From NCBI RefSeq assembly GCF_965233615.1, contig NZ_OZ247495.1: DNA of 64,000 bases. The stretch is one strand, 5' to 3'. Source of the stretch: Pelagibius sp. (lineage in GTDB: Bacteria; Pseudomonadota; Alphaproteobacteria; Kiloniellales; Kiloniellaceae). The notes beneath the pieces were generated by a model. It ran no database searches, was not told where the DNA came from, and was given only the letters and a program-made list of their open reading frames with translations. Below are positions 8,438 through 15,842 of the stretch, one piece after another. The position numbers and the translations under genes were made by a program. Within the stretch, counting starts at the first letter, position 1. The number at the start of each line of letters is the position of its first letter.

Positions 8438-8740
8438 GTGAAGAACAAAGAGACCCTGGGCCCCTGCCCGATCTGCGGGCGGGCGATGATCGAGGGGCCC
8501 AGCGTGGACCGGCACCACTGGATGCCGCGCAGCGCCGGCGGCGAGGAAACCGCGGTGCTGCACAAGGTCTGCCACCGTATGATCCACCGCCTCTTCGACG
8601 AGAAGTCCCTGGCCGCCCATTATGCCGACCCGGCGACCCTGCGCGATCATCCGGAAATCCAGCGTTTCATCACCTGGGTACGGCGGCAACCGCCGGAGTA
8701 CGTCGATTGGCCCCGCAGCCCCCGCCGACACAGACGCTAA
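8438..8740 (+). CDS. Small HNH endonuclease-domain protein (100 aa)
   Basis: GTG start with a GAGG SD that overlaps the LysR stop. The sequence carries CPICG...DRHHWMPRSAGG...HKVCHRMIH, an HNH/zinc-finger pattern. Confidence 0.75.
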   Translation: MKNKETLGPCPICGRAMIEGPSVDRHHWMPRSAGGEETAVLHKVCHRMIHRLFDEKSLAAHYADPATLRDHPEIQRFITWVRRQPPEYVDWPRSPRRHRR

Positions 8741-8761
8741 GGTTCACCGCTTGGGCAGGAC

Positions 8762-8802
8762 AAAAAAAATTGCCCGGTGCCGGGAGTGTTCGGCACCGGG
8801 CA
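8762..8802 (-). terminator. Rho-independent terminator oriented for a minus-strand transcript
   Basis: Perfect 12-bp stem TGCCCGGTGCCG / CGGCACCGGGCA (8771-8782 / 8791-8802) with an 8-nt loop. The A8 run at 8762-8769 on + becomes a U8 tract after the stem on the minus strand. There is no T-tract on the + side. Confidence 0.7.
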
Positions 8803-8960
8803 GATGTCTGGAGCAGCATTTCGGATTGACTCCGAACTGCCCTCCCCGGTCCAACTGGGCTAAGACCGGGTCCGCCGCACAGGAGGCCAAGAGTTATGGT
8901 GGGGACCACCTCCTGCGATACGGCAGATAAGCTGAAGCTAGCGCCACGCCCGCGGCTTTG
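8762..8960 (-). ncRNA. Candidate small RNA (unknown family) ending at the minus-strand terminator
   Basis: Three further hairpins lie upstream on the minus strand (about 8820-8836, 8845-8870, 8880-8915). No credible ORF is present. The 5' end and promoter are not identified. Confidence 0.3.
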
Positions 8961-9135
8961 CCTTGACGCAGATCAATAGATAAGAAATCGCTTATTAGGC
9001 TTTCAGAGGCAGCAACAGCCTGCATTGCAAGGGCTTGATCTTCCGGAAACCTGCCGACACCATGCGCGCGGCGGCCGGCCGGGCCGCCGACAGCAAGACC
9101 AAGAACAAGCAATTCAGTTGGGGGGACGCGGCGCC

Positions 9136-10629
9136 ATGGCCGAAGGCAAGAGCATTCTGGCAATCGACCAGGGAACCACCAGTTCCCGGGCGATTCTTTT
9201 CTCTCCGGAGGGCCGGCGGCTGGGCCAGGCACAACAGGAACTGCCTCAGCACTTCCCCCAGTCCGGCTGGGTTGAGCACGATGTCGAGGATATCTGGCGC
9301 GACACCCTAGCGGTCTGCCGCGGTGCCGTCGAAGACGCCGGCACGACCATGGATCAGGTTGCCGCCATCGGCATCACCAACCAGCGCGAAACCACGGTGA
9401 TCTGGGACCGCAAGACCGGCGAGGCGATCCACAAGGCCATCGTCTGGCAGGACCGGCGAACGGCGGAGTTCTGCCAGGACCTGCGCGCAACCGGTGCCGA
9501 AGAGCTGGTGCGGGAGCGCACCGGCCTGCTGCTCGATCCCTATTTCTCCGGCACCAAGATTTCCTGGCTGCTGGACAAGGTGCCGGGCGCGCGCGAAAGG
9601 GCCGAGCGGGGTGAACTGGCTTTCGGCACCATCGACTGCTTCCTGCTCTGGCGCCTCACCGGCGGACGGGTTCACGCCACCGATGCAACCAACGCCGCCC
9701 GCACCCTGATCTTCGACATCAAACGCCAGGTCTGGGACAAGGATCTGCTGGAGCTGTTGCGCATTCCCGAAAGCCTGCTGCCGGAGGTTCGCGACAGCGA
9801 CGCCGACTTCGGTACCACCGAGGCCGGGCTGCTGGGCGCCGCCCTGCCCGTCGGCGGGATCGCCGGCGACCAGCAGGCCGCCACCGTCGGTCAGGCCTGC
9901 TTCGAGACCGGGATGATGAAGTCGACCTACGGCACCGGCTGCTTTGCCCTCTTCAACACCGGCGGCGAACTGGTGCTCTCCAAAAACCGCCTGCTATCGA
10001 CCATCGCCTATCGCCTCGGCGGCCAGACCACCTACGCGCTGGAGGGCAGCATCTTCGTTGCCGGCGCGGCGGTACAGTGGCTGCGCGACGGCCTGGGGGT
10101 CATCGGCTCGGCCGAGGAAACCGAGGCCCTGGCCAAGCAGGCCGATACCGGCCAGCGCCTCTATCTGGTGCCGGCCTTCACCGGCCTCGGCGCGCCCTAT
10201 TGGGACGCAGAGGCACGCGGCGCGGTCTTCGGCCTGACACGGGCCAGCGGCCCGGCGGAACTTGCCCGCGCCACCCTGGAGGCGGTCTGCTATCAGACCC
10301 GCGACCTGCTGGAGGCGATGCGCGCTGACGGCGCCAGCGGTCTGGAGACCCTGCGGGTGGACGGCGGCATGGTCGCCAACGACTGGATGCTGCAGATGCT
10401 GGCCGACATTCTGGGGGTTGCGGTGGAACGGCCGCAGGTGGCCGAAACCACGGCCCTGGGGGCCGCATACCTGGCCGGCCTCAACCGGGGCCTATTCCAG
10501 AACCTCGACGCCGTCGCAACACAGTGGCAGAGCGACGGCCGCTTCGAGCCGCAGATGGCCGAGGCCGACCGCGAGGAGCGTTACGAGGGCTGGCGCGACG
10601 CGGTCTCCCGCGTCAGTTCTTCCGCTTAG
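9136..10629 (+). CDS. glpK: Glycerol kinase
   Basis: [22 protein letters not shown]..., WVEHD and [13 protein letters not shown] place it in the FGGY kinase family, and the length is about 497 aa. ATG 9136 is chosen over the track start at 9025. Confidence 0.95.
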   Translation: MAEGKSILAIDQGTTSSRAILFSPEGRRLGQAQQELPQHFPQSGWVEHDVEDIWRDTLAVCRGAVEDAGTTMDQVAAIGITNQRETTVIWDRKTGEAIHKAIVWQDRRTAEFCQDLRATGAEELVRERTGLLLDPYFSGTKISWLLDKVPGARERAERGELAFGTIDCFLLWRLTGGRVHATDATNAARTLIFDIKRQVWDKDLLELLRIPESLLPEVRDSDADFGTTEAGLLGAALPVGGIAGDQQAATVGQACFETGMMKSTYGTGCFALFNTGGELVLSKNRLLSTIAYRLGGQTTYALEGSIFVAGAAVQWLRDGLGVIGSAEETEALAKQADTGQRLYLVPAFTGLGAPYWDAEARGAVFGLTRASGPAELARATLEAVCYQTRDLLEAMRADGASGLETLRVDGGMVANDWMLQMLADILGVAVERPQVAETTALGAAYLAGLNRGLFQNLDAVATQWQSDGRFEPQMAEADREERYEGWRDAVSRVSSSA

Positions 10630-10773
10630 CGCGGCGAACTGGAGCGGACCTGCTTTAGCCGCTCAGGCTGGATTCTGTTAACGCCCTGTGCGTAGACTTG
10701 GGCATCTTGGATCACGGTCCGATCCGGCGGGAAAAACACCGATTGGGACGGACAAAGGTATCAGGAGGCGCGG

Positions 10774-11034
10774 ATGGTCGAACGGACGATGGAAAGCATT
10801 GAGATCCCGATTGCCAAGATCTACGTGCCGGCGAAGCGCAAGCGCACCCTGAAACCCGCCCAGGTCGACGAACTGGCCGAAAGCATTATGGAAGAAGGCC
10901 TGAAGCTGCCGATTTCCGTGCGCAAGGGCAACGGACGCTTCGTCCTGATCGAAGGTTTGCACCGTCTGGAAGCCTGCCGCGCCCTGGGTGAGGAAACCAT
11001 CAAGAGCATCATCGTCCGCGCCCGCCAGCACTAG
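10774..11034 (+). CDS. Stand-alone ParB/sulfiredoxin N-terminal domain protein (86 aa)
   Basis: AGGAGG lies 5 nt upstream of the ATG. The sequence IEIPIAKIYVP...LAESIMEEGLKLPISVRK...VLIEGLHRLEACRALG matches the ParB-N (ParBc) fold pattern. Confidence 0.7.
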   Translation: MVERTMESIEIPIAKIYVPAKRKRTLKPAQVDELAESIMEEGLKLPISVRKGNGRFVLIEGLHRLEACRALGEETIKSIIVRARQH

Positions 11035-11041
11035 ATCGGAT

Positions 11042-11152
11042 CATGTTTTGACGGAACCACTTCGTGATTGCGCCAAAACATGTGAATCTGATCGCCATCA
11101 GATGGTTAGAGCAGATTCACCGGGTTGGATGGATCGCTAAAGCGATTCCATC
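11042..11152. repeat. Cluster of three consecutive inverted repeats (hairpin-rich intergenic element)
   Basis: The three repeats are CATGTTTTG/CAAAACATG (11042-11050 / 11074-11082); GTGAATCTG/CAGATTCAC (11082-11090 / 11112-11120, with an inner CCATC-a-GATGG); and GATGGATCGCT/AGCGATTCCATC (11128-11138 / 11141-11152, one bulge). Confidence 0.6.
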
Positions 11153-11167
11153 AAACCCGGCTCTGCT

Positions 11168-12136
11168 CTAGCTGTGGAGCCTCAACAGGTTGTCCTTGGC
11201 TATGCCGATTTGGCTGATTGGTGTCTTGGCATTGAGGCTACCATGGGGTCGGTGCCAGTTGTAGCGGTGGAGCCATAGTGGCAGTTCCTGGGCGCGCTGT
11301 TCGGAAGTCTGGTAGGCCCTGGCATAGGCCCATTCCCTGAGTGCGGTTTGGATGAACCTCTCGGCCTTGCCGTTGGTCTTGGGGGTGAAGGGTTTTGTGC
11401 GGATATGTCTAAGGCCGAGGATTTTGCAGGCCTTTGCGAAGTCCTTGGAGCGATAGCAGGAGCCGTTATCGGTCATGACCCTCTCGACGATGACGCCGAG
11501 GCTTTTGTAGTAGGCGACGGCGGCCTCCAGGAAGGCGACGGCGCTGTGTTTTCGCTCGTCTGGCAAGATCTGGCTGAAGGCGAGGCGGGACCTGTCGTCG
11601 ATGCAGACGTGGACGAACTCCCAGCCGATGCCGCGGGTTCGGCTCTGCCCGCTGCGATCGCCGGTGATGCGGTGTCCGGTCCTGGAGAACCGGCCGAGCT
11701 TCTTGCCGAGCTTCTTAATGTCGATGTGGATCAGTTCGCCGGGACGCTCTCGCTGATAGCGTCGCACCGGCTCGGCCGGCTCCAGGGCACTCAGCCTGTT
11801 GAGCCCCAGGCGTCTCAGGACGCGGCTGACCGTGGCTGGCGACACGCCGACCTCGGCGGCGATCTGCTGACCGGTCCAGCGTTGTCGGCGCAAGGTCTCG
11901 ATGCGCTGGAGCTTGGCCGGTGGCGTCGGCTGGTGCAGGCGGTACGGCCGGGACGAACGGTCCGCCAGGCCTGCCAGCCCCTCGTCGTTATAGCGTTTGA
12001 GCCATTTGCGGACGGTTCGCTCGCAGACCCCGAGGGCGACGGCCACGGCCTTTGAGCTCTGCCCGTCGAACAGCACCCGGCGTACCAGCTCGCCTCGACT
12101 ATGCGGTGTCAGACGGGCATTCTTGTGGATGTCCAT
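11168..12136 (-). CDS. IS481-family transposase (DDE, rve-type integrase core)
   Basis: MDIHKNARLTPHSRGELVRRV... (HTH) plus DIKKLG...VCIDDRSRLAF...MTDNGSCYRS...RTKPFTPKTNGKAERF. The stop codon TAG is supplied by the flanking CTAG. Confidence 0.92.
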   Translation of the reverse strand: MDIHKNARLTPHSRGELVRRVLFDGQSSKAVAVALGVCERTVRKWLKRYNDEGLAGLADRSSRPYRLHQPTPPAKLQRIETLRRQRWTGQQIAAEVGVSPATVSRVLRRLGLNRLSALEPAEPVRRYQRERPGELIHIDIKKLGKKLGRFSRTGHRITGDRSGQSRTRGIGWEFVHVCIDDRSRLAFSQILPDERKHSAVAFLEAAVAYYKSLGVIVERVMTDNGSCYRSKDFAKACKILGLRHIRTKPFTPKTNGKAERFIQTALREWAYARAYQTSEQRAQELPLWLHRYNWHRPHGSLNAKTPISQIGIAKDNLLRLHS

Positions 12137-12220
12137 TCGGTCCCTCCGGGTTCGCTAAAGCTTCAGCAACTTCAGCTTCCTCGGTCGGGGCCGAGTGGAC
12201 AACCTGTTGAAAGCTCACAG
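11172..12220 (-). mobile_element. IS481-family insertion sequence (~1049 bp)
   Basis: Imperfect ~24-bp terminal IRs: CTGTGGAGCCTCAACAGGTTGTCC (from 11172) and GGACAACCTGTTGAAAGCTCACAG (to 12220). The element is flanked by direct CTAG repeats (11168-11171, 12221-12224). It carries a single transposase ORF. Confidence 0.9.
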
Positions 12221-12448
12221 CTAGAGCGCCGCGCTCACCCCCAACCCTATCGGACCCGGAGCGGAGACACGCCGCTCTCAGAAGTGTCTTCTTTTGAGAA
12301 AAACTCAACTTTTCTAATCAGTTAACTCTCATTAAGCCATCATCAAGCTGTTGAGCCTAGGCTCCCGCTGCCGCCAGCCGGGCAAGTATCACGGCTGTGA
12401 AGACTGCCCGTCCCGGCGCAGCAGCCCGATAAGGGAGACAGCAGCCCA

Positions 12449-13717
12449 ATGCTTTACTATCTGCACGAGATGTCCCGTCTTTCCATGGCGCCGGCGCGCG
12501 CCATGAGCGACGGGTTGCGGATGATGTTGAATCATCCGATGAACCCGATGACCAACTCGCCGATGGCGCGCTCAATCGAGTCGGCGGCAGACATCTTCGA
12601 GCATCTGACACGCAGCTACGGCAAACCGAACTGGGGGCTCGATACCACCACTATCGACGGCGTCGACGTCGCGGTCGAGGAAGAGGTGGTGATCAAACGG
12701 ACCTACTGCGACCTTCTGCACTTCAAGAAGGCAAGTGAGCGTCCGGAGGCCCCCAAGCTGCTGATCGTCGCGCCGCTCTCGGGCCACTATGCGACCCTGG
12801 TGCGCGGCACCGTCGAGGCCATGCTGCCGGACCACGATGTCTTCGTCACCGACTGGCGCGATTGCCGGATGATCCCCGTCACCGACGACCGCTTCAATCT
12901 GAACGACTACATCGACTATCTCATCGATTTCCTGCATGTGCTCGGCCCCAACACCCACATCATCGCTGTCTGTCAGCCTTCCGTACCGGCGCTCGCCGCC
13001 GTCTCTGTCATGTCCGGTTGGGGCGACAACTGTCTGCCGGCCACGCTGACCATGATCGGCGGGCCCATCGATACCCGCAAGTCGCCCACGCAGGTCAACA
13101 AACTGGCCAAGGAAAACTCGATCGAATGGTTCGAGAACAATGTAGTCGTTCAGGTACCGCCGCCCTATCCCGGCGTCTTCCGCAAGGTCTATCCGGGCTT
13201 CATACAGCTCACCAACTTCATCGCCATGAACTACGACCGCCACCTCACCTCCTACGGCGAGCTGTTCGATCATCTGGTGCGCGGCGACGAAGAAGCGGCG
13301 GACAAGAAACGCGCCTTCTACGAGGAGTACCGCGCGGTGATGGACCTGCCGGCGGAGTTTTATCTGCAGACGGTCAAGACCGTGTTCCAGGACCACGAAC
13401 TGCCCAGAGGCAAGATGATCGCCCGCTGGCATCCGGTGCTGCCTGAGCAGATCAAAGAGACTGCCCTGCTCTGCGTCGAAGGTGAACTCGACGACATCTC
13501 AGGCATCGGCCAGACCAAGGCAGCACTGGAGATCACGCCCAACCTGCCCGACACGATGAAGGACTACTATCTGGCAAAGGACGTCGGGCACTACGGCCTT
13601 TTCAACGGCGGCAAGTGGCGCAAGAAGATCGCGCCGCGCATCAAGCAGTTCATCCGGGACCACGATCGCCAGACCGGCAAGAATCCCGGACGAAAGTCTG
13701 TCGCCCTCGGCGGTTGA
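12449..13717 (+). CDS. phaZ: Intracellular polyhydroxyalkanoate (PHB) depolymerase
   Basis: Strong similarity by eye to PhaZ1-type enzymes: MLYYLHEM..., VAPLSGHYATLVRGTVE, VTDWRDCRMIPV, CQPSVPALAA, GGPIDTRKSPTQVN, VEGELDDISGIGQT, HYGLFNGGKWR. Confidence 0.92.
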   Translation: MLYYLHEMSRLSMAPARAMSDGLRMMLNHPMNPMTNSPMARSIESAADIFEHLTRSYGKPNWGLDTTTIDGVDVAVEEEVVIKRTYCDLLHFKKASERPEAPKLLIVAPLSGHYATLVRGTVEAMLPDHDVFVTDWRDCRMIPVTDDRFNLNDYIDYLIDFLHVLGPNTHIIAVCQPSVPALAAVSVMSGWGDNCLPATLTMIGGPIDTRKSPTQVNKLAKENSIEWFENNVVVQVPPPYPGVFRKVYPGFIQLTNFIAMNYDRHLTSYGELFDHLVRGDEEAADKKRAFYEEYRAVMDLPAEFYLQTVKTVFQDHELPRGKMIARWHPVLPEQIKETALLCVEGELDDISGIGQTKAALEITPNLPDTMKDYYLAKDVGHYGLFNGGKWRKKIAPRIKQFIRDHDRQTGKNPGRKSVALGG

Positions 13718-13797
13718 CGAGCCGCGCAGCGGCACACAACCCATGTTACGTGACCGCTGCGATGTCTGGCAAAGTCGTGTCTGAGCGGCTGTGTAGC

Positions 13798-14514
13798 CTA
13801 GATAAGGCCCCAATCGGCCACGGCGATGCCGTAAACGATGAAACCGCCGACCCCGATCGTCACAAGGCCCACCGCGCTCTGCAGCGCCCGGTTGGCCCAG
13901 GTGAAGAGCCCGGCGGTGTAGCCCAGCGGCACGGCGATGACGGCGGAAAGCAGCGCCATGCCGACGATGGAGCCGATCCCGAAGACCAGGATGTAGCCCA
14001 GCGCCATGGAGGTCGAGGTGACGGAGGCGAGGGCCAGCAGGATCAGCGCCGCCGAACCGGCGAAGCCGTGCATCATGCCGACCGCCAGGCTGCGCAGCGG
14101 CAGGCCCGCCGGATGTTCGTGCTCATGATGGCGCGCGTCGTGGGGGCCTTCGTCGGCTTCATGCTTGTGGGCATGCAGGTGGGTGACGCCGTCGGCATGG
14201 CGATGCAGGTGAAAGTGCACCTTGTCCCGCCACAGACGCCGCAGCACCGCCAGCCCCAGGACAACGAGCATCACACCCACCAGAAGTTCCAGACTCTGGG
14301 CCCAGATCTCGGGAATCGCCTCACCGGCCAGCACCACGATGCCGCCGAGCAGCAAGAGGGTAAGGGTGTGGCCGAGGCCCCAGACCGCACCGTGGCGGAT
14401 GGCGGAGCCCAGCTTGCGCTCGCCTGAGACGATGCTTGCGACGGCAGCGACGTGATCCGCTTCCAAAGCGTGCTGCAGACCGATGAGGAAACCGAGAAAA
14501 AGGGCGGAGAACAT
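13798..14514 (-). CDS. NicO/RcnA/UreH-like nickel-cobalt transporter with His-rich loop
   Basis: 6-TM protein with LQHALEADH (a HoxN/NicO-like HAxDADH-type signature) and the central loop HFHLHRHADGVTHLHAHKHEADEGPHDARHHEHEHP. Confidence 0.75.
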   Translation of the reverse strand: MFSALFLGFLIGLQHALEADHVAAVASIVSGERKLGSAIRHGAVWGLGHTLTLLLLGGIVVLAGEAIPEIWAQSLELLVGVMLVVLGLAVLRRLWRDKVHFHLHRHADGVTHLHAHKHEADEGPHDARHHEHEHPAGLPLRSLAVGMMHGFAGSAALILLALASVTSTSMALGYILVFGIGSIVGMALLSAVIAVPLGYTAGLFTWANRALQSAVGLVTIGVGGFIVYGIAVADWGLI

Positions 14515-14590
14515 CGTAAGGAACCTTTACAACCGAGAACGAAAACCATAGGCACGCAAAGCAGTTAGCGGCCTGTCGGGGCGAAGCCCG

Positions 14591-14618
14591 AGTATAAGGC
14601 GATGCTTCTTTTAGCCAA
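14591..14618 (-). promoter_or_regulatory. Sigma70-like promoter candidate for the NicO-like gene
   Basis: On the minus strand: TTGGCT (14613-14618), a 16-nt spacer, then TATACT (14591-14596), about 75 nt upstream of the start codon. A hairpin GCGGCGGA/TCCGCCG just upstream probably terminates the preceding permease genes. Confidence 0.4.
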
Positions 14619-14669
14619 GCGCACAATCGACCAACTTTGCCGCAAACGCGACGGCGGAGAATCCGCCGC

Positions 14670-15167
14670 TCAGAGGATCGCGATCTGTCCGACCGCGAGG
14701 CCGATAAGAACCGGCAGGGGAAGCGCGATGACGAAGCGCTGCAGGGTCGAACGGTGTCCCATGATCGGCACCTCCCAGACAAGCACGCGGTTGAGGTTGT
14801 AGAGCGACCAGGCGGAAACGAAAGCCATCATCTGCGGCGTCCCGGCCCCGACCTCCATCGCCGCACCGCCGACGGCGAAGGCCAGCATCGGTCCGCCCGG
14901 AGTCAGCGCACCGATGAGGCTGGCCAACAGCAAACCCATGAAGCCCGTGTCCCGCCCGACGAATGTTGCCACCCATTCCGGCGGCACCAGGGCGGCGATG
15001 AAACCGGCACCGATCACCGCGAGAATGATACGCGGCGCCACGGAAAGACCCTGCTCCCAGGCGATCCTCCAAGCTTCGGGAACCGCATCGCCGCCGCGGC
15101 GGAAAGCGAGCCAGCCCAAGGCCAAAACGGCGCCATAAAGCAGGGCGGAGGCGATGATGATGCTCAC
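14670..15167 (-). CDS. Half-size permease, paralog B (165 aa; COG0701 / predicted-permease-like; family uncertain)
   Basis: About 5 TM helices. It shares the motif block LVPxEWV..G..GF.G...ASL.GAL.PGGPM..F......GA......AF...W.L.N..R.LVWE with the upstream gene. Confidence 0.65.
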   Translation of the reverse strand: MSIIIASALLYGAVLALGWLAFRRGGDAVPEAWRIAWEQGLSVAPRIILAVIGAGFIAALVPPEWVATFVGRDTGFMGLLLASLIGALTPGGPMLAFAVGGAAMEVGAGTPQMMAFVSAWSLYNLNRVLVWEVPIMGHRSTLQRFVIALPLPVLIGLAVGQIAIL

Positions 15168-15730
15168 TCCGCCCCTCCCTGCCCTTCGGCCAACGCTTTC
15201 GCGCGCCCGAAGAGCTGGCGGGCCAGCCAGCCCAGCAGGATCGGCAGCAACAGGCTCAGGCCATAGCGCAGCAGTACAAAGTCCCCGTCAAAGAACGAGA
15301 ACTCCCAGACCAAGGTCCGGCTCACGTTCAGCAGGCCCCAACCGGCGATGAAGGCCGTCGCGGTGCCGATGTCGGCACCCGCCGCCCCCAGCGCCACCGC
15401 CAGCGGGAAGGTCATCATCGGTCCGCCGGGCAGCAGCGCGCCGGCCAAGGACGCCAGGGCCAGGCCCTTGAAGCCCGAGCGCGAGCCCATCCAGCGGGCC
15501 ACCTGCTCGCGCGGCAGCAGCACCGTCAGGAGCCCGGCCAGCAACACGCCGGCCAGCACCTTTGGGGCGATGGCCAGCAGCAGCCAGAGGTCGTCGCCCA
15601 GCACCGACCAAAAGACCCCAGGGCCCTTCAGCATGTAGCAGAGCGCGCCGGCAGCGACGGCAACGACAAAAACGATTACGAGGCCGGCATCGACCTTGGG
15701 CCGGGGCCGGTCTGACGCAGGGTTCGGCAA
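15164..15730 (-). CDS. Half-size permease, paralog A (188 aa)
   Basis: Same motif block as paralog B. Its stop overlaps the start of paralog B by 4 nt (15164-15167), implying translational coupling. Confidence 0.65.
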   Translation of the reverse strand: MPNPASDRPRPKVDAGLVIVFVVAVAAGALCYMLKGPGVFWSVLGDDLWLLLAIAPKVLAGVLLAGLLTVLLPREQVARWMGSRSGFKGLALASLAGALLPGGPMMTFPLAVALGAAGADIGTATAFIAGWGLLNVSRTLVWEFSFFDGDFVLLRYGLSLLLPILLGWLARQLFGRAKALAEGQGGAE

Positions 15731-15842
15731 GTTTCCGGATCCGAACGATCAGTTTGGCAGGTGAAACAACAGGATAGCACCTTAACCGCTGGTTCCGCCA
15801 GTCCCGCACAAACGCCTTTGTCCGGAGACCCCGCAGCGCCCG

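Noticed and set aside
8670-8909. 79-aa minus-strand ORF with a strong AGGAGG-GTG start signal in the HNH-glpK spacer.
   Set aside because: It reads straight through a perfect 12-bp terminator hairpin and U-tract and into the 3' end of the HNH gene. It is Gly/Pro/Cys-rich with no family resemblance. The SD-like sequence is better explained as one arm of an RNA hairpin (CAGGAGG/CCUCCUG).
8438-11034. HNH protein plus ParB-like nuclease-fold protein flanking glpK as a possible two-component defence or TA-like system.
   Set aside because: The two genes are about 2 kb apart, separated by a housekeeping glpK and a candidate sRNA. They are on separate transcripts, and no helicase, ATPase, methylase or immunity partner is present. 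There is no support for a functional link from sequence.
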